In this document: piece by piece, positions 23,017-32,450 of the stretch
How positions within the stretch are numbered: the first letter of the stretch is position 1
Layout of the letters: every line of letters starts with the position of its first letter
Source: a virus
Taxonomy: Duplodnaviria > Caudoviricetes
Reading direction: 5' to 3' (one strand)
Length of the DNA: 35,983 nucleotides
IMG/VR virus record: IMGVR_UViG_3300046643_000007
Span: 1 to 35,983 of that record
The notes under the pieces: generated by a model
The model's database searches: none
What the model was told of the DNA's origin: nothing
What the model saw: the letters and a program-made list of their open reading frames with translations, nothing else
Made by a program: the position numbers and the translations under genes

Positions 23017-23979
23017 TTAGCTAAACGTTGACGGAGCGGAAGTATTCCAGCCCGTTCCGGATCCGGCATTCCTGCTTTTCAGATATTGCAGCGTCGCCTG
23101 ATTATTCTGGTTGTTCAGGTAGCTATTCAGTCCACCTGTCACGGCATTGGCGCTGCCGATGTATCCCGCTGCCATCGCGTCACCCGCGTTAGACCTTGCC
23201 GCATTGCCGAGTCCTAGAGAGGTATTGCCGATATTGCCGGTCATTGCGGCGGAATTGGCACCTTGTCCGGATTGACCGGCAAGGAAGTTGTACGTGGTGT
23301 TTTTGTTCGTCTGGTCGCGATTGAAGGCGTCATTGTATTTCGTGCTTGCATAATCGTTTCCGTACCGCGCAAGCTCTTTCAATGCGGCGCCTGAGTCATA
23401 ACGACCAGCCGCAGCAGAAGCCCGGTCGATGGCCTTGTTTCCCTCGGACAGTGCAAACTGATACCCAGGCTCGTTTTGCAGATCGGCGCCGGTAAACTGT
23501 TTCAGCAGGGAACCATAGTCGCCACCGACATTTGATGTGGAGGCGGGGACCGCGGTCTGTGATTGGTTGTACTGATCAAGCGCCGAGTTATAGGATGAGA
23601 GCGCATTGTCGTATCCGGTTTGATCGAATACCCGCGTCGATGGTCCCACGCCGCCCGGCCCACGGACATCACCGTACATTCCGCTGATCTGTCCCGGCTG
23701 GATGGTCCAATAGTTATCCTTGTTCGGCGCTGCAGGTGCGGTCATGGACGAACTGCCATAGCCGCCCGTAGTGCTGCCATTGCCAATCCCAAGCAACGCC
23801 ATCAGTCTGGCATTGGCCAGCGCACCGCTATTGCGATAGGGCGCCAGATCAGTACGCGATTGCTGGTATTGCTTATCAGCAAGTGCAGCAGAATTGTTCG
23901 CCTGATTGGCCTGTGCGCCTGCTGCATCTTGAGCGGACATGACTCCGTATAGTGCGACTCCAGCGGCAACCCACGTCAT
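23017..23979 (-). CDS. DNA ejection/pilot protein 1 (P22 gp7-like)
   Basis: Hydrophobic N-terminus, DLAPYR.SG, PGYQF...G..AI..SAAAG...SG..LK.L..YG motif. Confidence 0.8.
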   Translation of the reverse strand: MTWVAAGVALYGVMSAQDAAGAQANQANNSAALADKQYQQSRTDLAPYRNSGALANARLMALLGIGNGSTTGGYGSSSMTAPAAPNKDNYWTIQPGQISGMYGDVRGPGGVGPSTRVFDQTGYDNALSSYNSALDQYNQSQTAVPASTSNVGGDYGSLLKQFTGADLQNEPGYQFALSEGNKAIDRASAAAGRYDSGAALKELARYGNDYASTKYNDAFNRDQTNKNTTYNFLAGQSGQGANSAAMTGNIGNTSLGLGNAARSNAGDAMAAGYIGSANAVTGGLNSYLNNQNNQATLQYLKSRNAGSGTGWNTSAPSTFS

Positions 23980-24395
23980 TTCAACACCTGCACTTTCAGT
24001 TTGTTGGTGGCATCAAATAGCGCCATGGAGTCTTTCTCGACCAATTCTTTTTCGATCTTGTCAAGATTCTTCTTTGCGGTGCGATGCACAGTCATGCAGA
24101 TGCTATCTTCCAGCGCATAGACCGCCCGCTTGGTTCCCGGCCGTGACACGATCACGTCACCAGCTTGATAGATATTCCTTCCGACCTGAATGCGGCCTTT
24201 GGTCACGATGTAGAAGTGTTCCTTCTTGTGCACCTTGCCAACGATCAAAGTCCCAGCCGGTCTGTGTACTACCCGGGCGTACATGCCATCGGCGTGATAA
24301 TGATCCGTCCGCAGTTCAATCTGTGGCATGTCAAGCATCTTGGCCTGTAATGCTTCGACGGCCTTCCTGTTATCGGGTATCGCGATATCGTTCAT
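23976..24395 (-). CDS. Cupin-fold protein
   Basis: HYHADGMYAR...PAGTLIVGKVHKKEHFYIVTKG...PGTKRAVYALEDS..MTVH. Confidence 0.75.
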   Translation of the reverse strand: MNDIAIPDNRKAVEALQAKMLDMPQIELRTDHYHADGMYARVVHRPAGTLIVGKVHKKEHFYIVTKGRIQVGRNIYQAGDVIVSRPGTKRAVYALEDSICMTVHRTAKKNLDKIEKELVEKDSMALFDATNKLKVQVLK

Positions 24396-24655
24396 GCTGC
24401 GGTCCCGTCTGCCAGCACCCACCCTGTCGATGCTTTGTTGACCCATATCGGCTTACCGTTGGCGCCAAGACTGGTATCAAAATAAAACTTGCCGGGATAC
24501 AGATTCGCGGTCGGACGTTGCGCCGTAGTGCCGGAATTCTGCGTGTCAAAGCACAGCCGGAATACCTGCATCATCCAGTTGGACATCGCCCTGCTCGGCA
24601 GGCCTGTTTCATCCACGGTGCCAGGTACGATAGGAGGAATATTGATCAGCGCCAT
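24392..24655 (-). CDS. Small virion tail protein
   Basis: 87 aa; SGTTAQRPT...G.FYFDTSLG..GKPIW motif; directly after the nozzle gene. Confidence 0.65.
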   Translation of the reverse strand: MALINIPPIVPGTVDETGLPSRAMSNWMMQVFRLCFDTQNSGTTAQRPTANLYPGKFYFDTSLGANGKPIWVNKASTGWVLADGTAA

Positions 24656-26058
24656 CAGCTTTTAGAATTCAGGTAAACGCCGGTAATGACTCGGCGGATC
24701 GGATCGGTGATGCGAAACTTGGCTGTCAGACGGCGCATGGTTCCCTGCCGTCTCCACTCTACGATCTTGACGTAATCGCCCAGCAATCCAGCCGAGCGCC
24801 ATTGCTCTGCGCCGTAGGTCTTGCCGCCGTCTCGAGACAGTTGCATCATGACTTGCGTCGCGGGTTCGGTATCCACTCCGGTTCCCACTTCAAAGTCCAG
24901 CCGGATGCGGTCAATGGACATGTAATTGAGTTCCGTGTCCCAATGCTCGCCGATGATCTCGCCCTCAATGGGAGATCCATTTTCGGTCAGGGTCAGAGGA
25001 TTGATGCGGTACAGCTTCCCGGTGTTGTAATCGGACAACACGATCTTGGACAGGTATGCGGTTCCCCGTTCGCAGATATGGCGCTCGATCATGTAAGACT
25101 TGCGCTTGGACCAGATGCTTGTCGTTCCGTCGAAACTCCAGCTCACGCCCTGCGTGGGGAAGTTGATCTGATACATAGGGTGAGACCCCAGCAAGTAGCT
25201 AAACGCTACCGCGTCGGATGTCACCGTGTACGAATTGATGATCTTGTCCAAGTCTGGAGTGGACAGTTTCTGGAACTGCCGGCCGGTCAACTTTCCCACG
25301 ACCACTTCGCCCATTCTATTCTTGGACAGGAAGGCGACTGAATTGTCGTACTTGACCACGGAGTCTCTAGCGGCAAGCCCCCATTCTGCATCAGCACCCT
25401 GGATGCGGTCGAAGGGAAAGTCAGCCGCGCCTGTATTGCCAAAGAACGAGGTGGCGGTATCCTGAAACGCGATCAGTTCGCCGTGGTCCGAGAAGATGCG
25501 GATCAGTTTGTCAGGGATGGCATTCGCGGTCGTAAAGTCCAACGCCGCCCACGTCAACCCGTCGTACAAGGCAGAAATGTAGAACTTGCCATTAGCAAAT
25601 CCCACAATGAAGTAGCCATCCTGAAAGCATACCGACGTCGGATTGGCCGGAAAGTCTACGTCCGTGATGGTCGCAAAGACGTTCGTCAGCGTGTTGAAGA
25701 TGTAGCCCGATGTCCCATCAACGATCATGACCTGCGTGCCGTTGTGGGCCATCACCACGCCGCCTGACGTGGTTCCTAGCGAACCCCTGTCAACCGATAC
25801 ACCGGCGTTATTGATCTCTTTCAGCACACCACGATAGACCGCATAGAGCTTGTCGTTTTGCTCCACCGCCAGCATGCCGCGAACCGGCGTCGCACCAAAG
25901 TCCACGAACAGATCAAGCCCGGGAAAGCCCAGCCCGACCAGTTGAGACTTTTCGCCCACGGGACGGACTTCGCAGTAAATGTTTGTCAGCAGCTTTGACG
26001 TGATAACGGTCGTCTGCCCGTTCGCCATCCCTATGCCATAGAGAGGGGCTACGGCCAT
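24655..26058 (-). CDS. Tail nozzle / packaged-DNA stabilization protein (P22 gp10-like)
   Basis: About 467 aa beta-propeller-like sequence, DGYFI, SRDGGKTYG, WRRQG; synteny. Confidence 0.88.
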   Translation of the reverse strand: MAVAPLYGIGMANGQTTVITSKLLTNIYCEVRPVGEKSQLVGLGFPGLDLFVDFGATPVRGMLAVEQNDKLYAVYRGVLKEINNAGVSVDRGSLGTTSGGVVMAHNGTQVMIVDGTSGYIFNTLTNVFATITDVDFPANPTSVCFQDGYFIVGFANGKFYISALYDGLTWAALDFTTANAIPDKLIRIFSDHGELIAFQDTATSFFGNTGAADFPFDRIQGADAEWGLAARDSVVKYDNSVAFLSKNRMGEVVVGKLTGRQFQKLSTPDLDKIINSYTVTSDAVAFSYLLGSHPMYQINFPTQGVSWSFDGTTSIWSKRKSYMIERHICERGTAYLSKIVLSDYNTGKLYRINPLTLTENGSPIEGEIIGEHWDTELNYMSIDRIRLDFEVGTGVDTEPATQVMMQLSRDGGKTYGAEQWRSAGLLGDYVKIVEWRRQGTMRRLTAKFRITDPIRRVITGVYLNSKS

Positions 26059-26771
26059 ACCATCCATCCATACGGCGAGCCTTGACGGCCCGGATCGCTG
26101 TACTCAGTACCGGATCGCATCACGCGCAGCGATTGCTTGGCATTGGCGCGCTTGATGTCGCCGAGAGAACTTGCGGCGATCTCCTTGGTGTCGGGATAGT
26201 TGCTCATCTCGACGCCGAATTGCGGCCCCAGCAGAATGGCAAGGTTGTAGACAAAGGCCTGCTCGTACCCTGGAGGGAACGCGAATACGGTATTCAAATT
26301 AGTGAGCGTAGTTAGCACTCGCTCTATTGTAAACGTAACGGGGACAATGCCACTCGGCACGGGCCAGAGGGTAATTGTTCCGTTCGGCATGTCATTGCTG
26401 TACATGTACCTGTACGGGTACACGTTCGGCTGGGTCTTGTAATAGATCAGGTCGTATTCCAGTGGTGTCATAGACAGCATGGGAAACGACACGCTCTGGT
26501 ATGTGGTGTAGGCCGGATCATTGATGTGAATCGGACGAGTGGTCACCCAATTACCCGTCGGGCCTATCGTGTAGGTCGCCTGTGCGGCAACGGTGTTGAA
26601 GGTCTGGTCCGCCTGTCCGTAGACCGTAAGGGATTGCGTAGACCAGTTGTCCAGCATGCGATTGGCAACGCGCAGACAGGTCTGGGACTCGTCCGCCGTC
26701 AGTTCCTGCCCCACGCCCAACGCATTGGTCAGGGAGAGCGCATCCTTGAACAGATCAAGTGCTGTTGCCAT
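26049..26771 (-). CDS. Head-to-tail adaptor (P22 gp4-like position)
   Basis: MATALDLFKDAL...LRVANRMLDNWS...FPPGYEQAFVYNLA. Confidence 0.8.
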   Translation of the reverse strand: MATALDLFKDALSLTNALGVGQELTADESQTCLRVANRMLDNWSTQSLTVYGQADQTFNTVAAQATYTIGPTGNWVTTRPIHINDPAYTTYQSVSFPMLSMTPLEYDLIYYKTQPNVYPYRYMYSNDMPNGTITLWPVPSGIVPVTFTIERVLTTLTNLNTVFAFPPGYEQAFVYNLAILLGPQFGVEMSNYPDTKEIAASSLGDIKRANAKQSLRVMRSGTEYSDPGRQGSPYGWMVWP

Positions 26772-26772
26772 T

Positions 26773-26800
26773 TAAGAGGGGGCGAGTTTCCCCGCCCCCT
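26773..26800 (-). terminator. Terminator hairpin after the capsid genes
   Basis: Minus strand AGGGGGCGGG-GAAA-CTCGCCCCCT followed by CTT; the U-tail is weak. Confidence 0.6.
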
Positions 26801-26805
26801 TTCCC

Positions 26806-27204
26806 TTAGTTAAGCTGCGTCTCGCCTTGCTGGAGGATCAGCGCCCATGCGATCAGCGTGGTAGCCGTTGCGTTGGCCGTGCCGAAGATGGTGAACGATC
26901 CCGCTGCCGGGACAATCCGCTCAACCCGCAGCAGAGTGCCGTCAGCCGCCGCCTGTGACACGTACGCAATGATCTTGCTGGAGGCGTCAACCAGGTTGTT
27001 GGTAATGACAACCGAGGAATTGCCTGCCGCAATCGCCGCGATACCCGACGTGATATTGGCCGTGACGGCGCCCGTCGAGGTGCTGGCAACGGCGGAGGCG
27101 GTTGCCAGACCTTGCGCAACGAGTGCCGATTCCACATTGGTCGGGAGATTGACCACTGTTCCGGCGGCGTATCCCACATAGGGACGTACTAGAGTAACTG
27201 CCAT
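26806..27204 (-). CDS. Probable capsid decoration/cement protein
   Basis: 132 aa, Ala/Thr/Val-rich; directly after the coat gene and before the terminator; AAGGA SD. Confidence 0.6.
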   Translation of the reverse strand: MAVTLVRPYVGYAAGTVVNLPTNVESALVAQGLATASAVASTSTGAVTANITSGIAAIAAGNSSVVITNNLVDASSKIIAYVSQAAADGTLLRVERIVPAAGSFTIFGTANATATTLIAWALILQQGETQLN

Positions 27205-27233
27205 GATGATGTCCTTTGCTTGAGATTGAGGGA

Positions 27234-28448
27234 TTACACGCCGTAGTATTTGGTGCTGAGTTCGGGATAGGTCGCAGCCCAGCCGAACAGCACGTCAACC
27301 CGCATGATGCTGTTATCGTTCGCGCCGTCGTAGAACTCGGTCACCTTGACGGTGAATCCGTTCTGTGTCTTTTGCGCGACTGAGATAACGCCCTTGCCAC
27401 CAGCCGGTGCCCACATCGGAACCATCGCCAGCGTAAAGGCATCTTTGTGGAAGCCAACGTTGCAGTTATAGCTCGTGGAGGCGGCGCCAACAATGACGTA
27501 AGGCGAACCCGTGGTCGGGGAGGCGGTCACGTTCTGGAAAGCGCCAGAGGTCACAATCGCCGGACTGATCGGGATGGTCACCGCAGCGGCCGCCACATCG
27601 GCGGTTACTACGAAGTTAGCCAACTGACCGGTCGAGGTGCGGGACTGAGGATTGACCGCAAACACGCCCGGCAGAGTGATGACCGTTCCTTTGGTCAACG
27701 TGCCACCCGCAACCGCAACAACGGTAATGCTCGAACCCGTCTGACCGGCACCGTTGATGTTGGTCGCGGTCGCAGCGCCGTTGGTGTGCACATCCACGTT
27801 CTGGTCCATGCCGGGATGGATACCGAAAGCATCCTGCATGTAGCCGGTCTTGTACTGACCCGACACGCGCTCCGCCATGTTGAACAGTCCGGCAAAGCCC
27901 GGGATCATCGCGCCGTTAAGGGACGGGTTGATCACCGCGTAACGCTCGCCATCCTTGACCGGCGCGCCCATTTCGTCCAGCCGCTGATTCATGGCCGTCA
28001 GTACCTGAATGGCACCGATCTGGGTGGTCGGCAAAGCGCCCGTGCTGTTCAGTGCGTTGTAGGTATTGTAATGCGCCATCTGCAAGCCCTGGCGGTCGAT
28101 TTCGTTCGCCACCGGCGCAATGACGGCAGCGATCTTGTCTTCCAGCTTGGAAAGGCTTATGGTGCGTTCCAGAGAGGTGAAGTTGACATCGCAACCGCCT
28201 TGCTGCAGCACCAACGGGACGGTGGTCTCGACGGTGGCTTGCGGCACCGCGACACGGCCAGCACGATAGGTGTAACGCGGAGGCTTGCGGATGTTGATGG
28301 TCTGGCCCGGGGCATAACCGCGGGACATGTTGGAGGTGTACTCATCCTGCCAATCGCGATTCGCGAACTTGGCAAAGGTGAGCATGTTTTCCAGAATCGG
28401 CAGCGTTTCGCGTGCGACGATGGAGCTTGTTACTAGGGTATTTGACAC
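27234..28448 (-). CDS. Major capsid protein (P22 coat-like)
   Basis: MSNTLVTSSIVARETL.ILEN.L...GQTINIRKP...FHKDAFTLAMVPM...RVDVLFGW. Confidence 0.93.
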   Translation of the reverse strand: MSNTLVTSSIVARETLPILENMLTFAKFANRDWQDEYTSNMSRGYAPGQTINIRKPPRYTYRAGRVAVPQATVETTVPLVLQQGGCDVNFTSLERTISLSKLEDKIAAVIAPVANEIDRQGLQMAHYNTYNALNSTGALPTTQIGAIQVLTAMNQRLDEMGAPVKDGERYAVINPSLNGAMIPGFAGLFNMAERVSGQYKTGYMQDAFGIHPGMDQNVDVHTNGAATATNINGAGQTGSSITVVAVAGGTLTKGTVITLPGVFAVNPQSRTSTGQLANFVVTADVAAAAVTIPISPAIVTSGAFQNVTASPTTGSPYVIVGAASTSYNCNVGFHKDAFTLAMVPMWAPAGGKGVISVAQKTQNGFTVKVTEFYDGANDNSIMRVDVLFGWAATYPELSTKYYGV

Positions 28449-28473
28449 GGTTGATTTCCTTTGTCGTGGTTAA

Positions 28474-29301
28474 CTATTGCGCCCACTTGGCTCCGGTTGC
28501 TTTCCGGTACGCCTTGTATTGGGCATCAGACATATCTTCGCGGTAATTCTGAATGGCGCTAGATCCCTTCACGCCACTGACCGGGGGCGGAGCCTTGGAA
28601 CCTTGCTTGACAGGCACAACACGCTCTTCCATCTTGCCTATTTCAATCACCTGTCTGACTGGTGAGAGTTTGGCAATGCGCTCGGCCTCTTCTGGATTCT
28701 TGGCCAAGTGATACAGCAGCTTTGGCCCGATATCTGATTCAAGGATGGCGCGCTTTGCATTGGCATCCAGTGACGGCAGTTCGGCGGCGATAAACTCGCC
28801 TACCACCTCATCGTAATCCGTGGCCTCCTTGCGGAATGCCACTTCGGAACTTTCCCATGACTTGGCAATCGCCGCATCACTCGCTTCGGTCCTGGCTTTC
28901 TGTTCCTGCTCGGTCTGGGCTTTGCGTTGTCCCTCGATCAGCTTGGAGGCTTCCTGCCGCGCTTCGTGACGTGCTAGGGCGCGATGGTAATCTTCAAGGG
29001 TATCGAACGATTCTCGCTGCGGCTCAGAGTCGGTAACAGGTGCGGCCTTGGCTTGCTGTCGGTCCAATTGCTCGCGTAACATCCGAGCTTCGGTCTGGGC
29101 CTCGGCGAGTTTTGCTGCATCTCGCGCTCTTGCCCGTTCCCGCCTGGATTGACGCTTTTCTTCCTGCTGCTCCGGCGTTTGCTCTTCAGCCTTCTGTTCT
29201 TCCGTGGCCTGGACGGGGGGGTCGGATTGCTCCGGTTGAATCGGATCGGAAACTTCCGTTGCTTCGATTCCGGTCCCACTTATACCATTTTCTTCGTTCA
29301 T
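28474..29301 (-). CDS. Scaffolding protein
   Basis: Acidic coiled coil, GPKLLYHLAKNPEEAERIAKLSP, KAPPPV; immediately upstream of the coat gene. Confidence 0.85.
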   Translation of the reverse strand: MNEENGISGTGIEATEVSDPIQPEQSDPPVQATEEQKAEEQTPEQQEEKRQSRRERARARDAAKLAEAQTEARMLREQLDRQQAKAAPVTDSEPQRESFDTLEDYHRALARHEARQEASKLIEGQRKAQTEQEQKARTEASDAAIAKSWESSEVAFRKEATDYDEVVGEFIAAELPSLDANAKRAILESDIGPKLLYHLAKNPEEAERIAKLSPVRQVIEIGKMEERVVPVKQGSKAPPPVSGVKGSSAIQNYREDMSDAQYKAYRKATGAKWAQ

Positions 29302-29323
29302 TGTCAATTCCTCAGGTGAATGC

Positions 29324-30661
29324 TCACTGCGTTTGAACGGCAATCACTGCCGCGATGTAGGCTACGTCTATCACTTCCATTTCTTCGAGCAATACTGCTT
29401 CATGCACCGCAACAAGCAATGCGGCCTGTCTTGCAAAAAGCAGCTTTTGCTCAATTGCTGCCTGTTCGTTCAGCCGTCTCACGCCATCCGCATTGATCTC
29501 GGCCTCTAATCTGACGATCTCAATGCGCAATCGGGCGGATTCGGCCCTTAACTTGACTACCTCATTGCCGATCTTTCCGGATTCGTCCGCGTAATCAGAC
29601 GGTGTTTTGTCGTATCTGGCGGAGATGGGATGAGTGGCCGGTTTAGCCTTCCACCAGTCATCGCGAATGACCCGCCCAGGCGTATGACGATCTTCGTCCT
29701 CGACCTCTCGGCACGATGCGAACGCCGGACTGAACGCGGTCGCATTGAATGCGCAGTGCCCGCCATAAGGAGGCTGTTGCCAGAAGACTCTAAACGCTGA
29801 CCAACCATCCTCGCTAACCCTGCGGAACGGTTCAGCTTCAATCCGGTGCCACTTCTCAACGCTGAACGCAGACGTCCATCCAGTCGGCGCAGCGGGAGGT
29901 GTCCAGAAGGGTCTATAAGCGCCCCATCCATCGTATTGCCGCGGCTGCCCCTCTGCTTCTATCCTCGACCACTTCTCAACCTGGAGCGGGAGATTCAGTC
30001 CATTCTGAGTAAAGAACGGCCGGAACTCCTCAGACTTCCTTGCAGGTTCGTTTGTCTCGAACCATGTCCGTTGTGGAGACTGATAGACAAAGAACGGTGT
30101 GGTTTGGACAACAACCGTCGGGAACGGAAAGCGCAGCGTTTCCTGCGTCGGAAGGGGCGTTTCCCAATTCCACCGACGATCCTCAAGTCTTGCCTGTAGT
30201 GAAAGCCCAGCCTGAACAAAGAACGGTCTTGATGACTGTTCCTGCGCTCGGAATGTCTCAGGCTCAATCCACCCGCGCTTCTCTGTCTGGTAGACAAAGA
30301 ACGGCGTTGTCTGCGTAACAACGACCGGGAACGGGAATCTGGTATCCCGTCTGACGTCTATCTCAGGATCAACGTCCCTGCGCTTCGCTTCTAGTCTTGC
30401 TTGTAACGAAATACCAGACTGAGTGAAGAATGGACGATATTCTTCTCTGCGCCTTGCCTCGTCGTTTACTTCGAACCAGTTTCGTTGCTGCGGAAGCCTT
30501 GCAAAGAACGGAGTGGTCGCAACTGCTACCGAAAACGGGAATCTCTGCCCGCTACGGTCTACCCAGTATTCAGGGGTAAAACTATAGGACGGCTGTTTCC
30601 ATCCGATTATCCAGCTCGGTGCTGCGGGTGGTGTTACGCCACCTGCTAGAAATATTGACAT
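29324..30661 (-). CDS. Tandem-repeat protein with PFF motifs and a C-terminal coiled coil
   Basis: Three 68-69 aa repeats starting RFPF, then two VEKW.RIEAE...DGW.A.R.FW repeats. Confidence 0.75.
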   Translation of the reverse strand: MSIFLAGGVTPPAAPSWIIGWKQPSYSFTPEYWVDRSGQRFPFSVAVATTPFFARLPQQRNWFEVNDEARRREEYRPFFTQSGISLQARLEAKRRDVDPEIDVRRDTRFPFPVVVTQTTPFFVYQTEKRGWIEPETFRAQEQSSRPFFVQAGLSLQARLEDRRWNWETPLPTQETLRFPFPTVVVQTTPFFVYQSPQRTWFETNEPARKSEEFRPFFTQNGLNLPLQVEKWSRIEAEGQPRQYDGWGAYRPFWTPPAAPTGWTSAFSVEKWHRIEAEPFRRVSEDGWSAFRVFWQQPPYGGHCAFNATAFSPAFASCREVEDEDRHTPGRVIRDDWWKAKPATHPISARYDKTPSDYADESGKIGNEVVKLRAESARLRIEIVRLEAEINADGVRRLNEQAAIEQKLLFARQAALLVAVHEAVLLEEMEVIDVAYIAAVIAVQTQ

Positions 30662-30664
30662 TCA

Positions 30665-31327
30665 TCAGTAAGCTGATACTTCAGCCCAAGAGACATCAAC
30701 TACTAGATTCGCCGTTCCAGCGGCCCCAAAGACTACCGTCGGCCCCCTCACGATGAATCCTTCGTTTTGTGCAAACACGTATGGGTGATTTCCGTCACCC
30801 ACTCCGATATCAAGTTCTACCTGATACAGCGTCGTGTTAGGGGTGGTAATCAATTGTTGCGTTGGCATCTGAAGAATGGCGTCCGCATCCAAGGTGCGCG
30901 TTCCTACCGTGCATCCAGCAGCAACCGCACTCTTACGAATATCCGTCACCAGAGAAGTGCCCATAGAGGTGCGTTTCTTCATGTTGTTGCCGGTCAGGGT
31001 AACGGCAGTTCCAGCAGAATCAGAAGCGGTAAACGATCTAGCAATCAACACTTCAAAGGACGGCATTATGGTTGCCGTTGCTGCTGCAGTTTGCATACAG
31101 GAAAGACGAACCTTCGTCAGCACCGCAAGCCTTGTTGCGTCCGCCCAGCGCCATGAGAACAAAGTACCGTTAGCAGCCTGAGTGACCACAAGCGCAACGG
31201 TAGAAGCAACCCGATAATGCCCAAGAGTTCCGTAATCAAGCGGCTTGGAACTAACCCGGATAGCCCGGAACGTGGTCCCGTCCACCTCGGCTACTGTGCC
31301 GCCATTTCCTTGAAATTGAACAGCCAT
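30665..31327 (-). CDS. Beta-rich putative virion accessory protein
   Basis: 220 aa, Thr/Ala/Val-rich, ends VDVSWAEVSAY; resembles 31721-32179. Confidence 0.7.
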   Translation of the reverse strand: MAVQFQGNGGTVAEVDGTTFRAIRVSSKPLDYGTLGHYRVASTVALVVTQAANGTLFSWRWADATRLAVLTKVRLSCMQTAAATATIMPSFEVLIARSFTASDSAGTAVTLTGNNMKKRTSMGTSLVTDIRKSAVAAGCTVGTRTLDADAILQMPTQQLITTPNTTLYQVELDIGVGDGNHPYVFAQNEGFIVRGPTVVFGAAGTANLVVDVSWAEVSAY

Positions 31328-31328
31328 A

Positions 31329-31721
31329 TTAGTTCCACGCCCAAGCTACGTTAAATTTCCCGTATAGACGGGTGCCTATTCCGCCAATAAGCGGAGCCTG
31401 TAGATTGCTAGACGAGACAAGCCCGCCAGCCAAAGTAACGTTGTTGCGTCCGTTTCCTTGAGGGACTACAGGCTCTGACAATTGGTTTTCATTAATGCCG
31501 TAGATAGTGAATCCAGTTCCCGCAACAACGTTACCGGCCATCACTTCTATGGTCTCCACCCAATGCTCATCGGCAGTGTGATCTGCGGTGGCAGCAGGGA
31601 ACAGCCACGCCTCGACCAGGGAACCGGCGAGAATCCCCGCCTGTCCCGTGACCGCCACGCTCGCATCACTTGCCCCTGGGAAAGCCCCGAAGTCAAGCGT
31701 TGCCGTCCCCTGTCCTGCCAT
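31329..31721 (-). CDS. Beta-rich putative virion accessory protein
   Basis: 130 aa, ASVAVTGQAGILAGS.VEAW...GTGFTIY...YGKFNVAWAWN. Confidence 0.7.
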   Translation of the reverse strand: MAGQGTATLDFGAFPGASDASVAVTGQAGILAGSLVEAWLFPAATADHTADEHWVETIEVMAGNVVAGTGFTIYGINENQLSEPVVPQGNGRNNVTLAGGLVSSSNLQAPLIGGIGTRLYGKFNVAWAWN

Positions 31722-32179
31722 TACAGTTCTTCGAAGAAAACTTCAGCAGAGATCGTCGAAGCAGAGCCGGGAGCCGTCGCAAAGAATAGAGCCACCCATC
31801 CAGAGATCGGAATGTAAATACGCTCATCAGGAGTGTAGATGCGCGAATACGGAACCAGCACCGACCATTGCTCCGCTTCCAGAATGTTACCAACCGTGCC
31901 TGGAGTGCCAGGCAGAGAAGTAACGGTCGTCGCCGCAGCAACCGTGTTACGGCTATTCAGGGCGCGAGGGGTTATCGCAGTTCCGCCAGTGGGCGCAGTA
32001 GACCGACGGCAGATTTGCAGATTCAGGCGCACATCAGTTGTTGCCGCGCTCGTCATGCGAATCTCGTGGATGAGTACCGGGACAGCCGAACTCGTACCCA
32101 GCACGATTACATCAGTTGACGCCGTACCAGAAGAGACACCACTGATATTGGCTGAATACATCAATCCTTGACCGGCCAT
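31721..32179 (-). CDS. Beta-rich putative virion accessory protein
   Basis: 152 aa, TGGTAITP, ends AEVFFEEL; AGGAG SD. Confidence 0.7.
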   Translation of the reverse strand: MAGQGLMYSANISGVSSGTASTDVIVLGTSSAVPVLIHEIRMTSAATTDVRLNLQICRRSTAPTGGTAITPRALNSRNTVAAATTVTSLPGTPGTVGNILEAEQWSVLVPYSRIYTPDERIYIPISGWVALFFATAPGSASTISAEVFFEEL

Positions 32180-32189
32180 TTAATGCTCC

Positions 32190-32450
32190 TTAGAGTGCTG
32201 CTTTGATAGATTGCAGTTCCGCTTGTACGGACTGCTGGTAGGCTTTGAAAACATCCGATTGCGTCTTCACTGACTTCTGCGCAACGTAGTCCACCACTGA
32301 CGGACCGATCATGCGCACGAGGAATTCTCCCGGAGTTTCTGCTGGCAGTTTGTTGTCCGCGTACCACTGCGTGAAGTAGGGCGCGGCATTCACTCCAATA
32401 GTCAAACTCACATTGAGAGGCTGTGCCGCAGGAGGTAGAGCAATGCTCAT
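32190..32450 (-). CDS. Hypothetical protein
   Basis: 86 aa; ATGA overlap with the Gly-rich gene. Confidence 0.65.
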   Translation of the reverse strand: MSIALPPAAQPLNVSLTIGVNAAPYFTQWYADNKLPAETPGEFLVRMIGPSVVDYVAQKSVKTQSDVFKAYQQSVQAELQSIKAAL

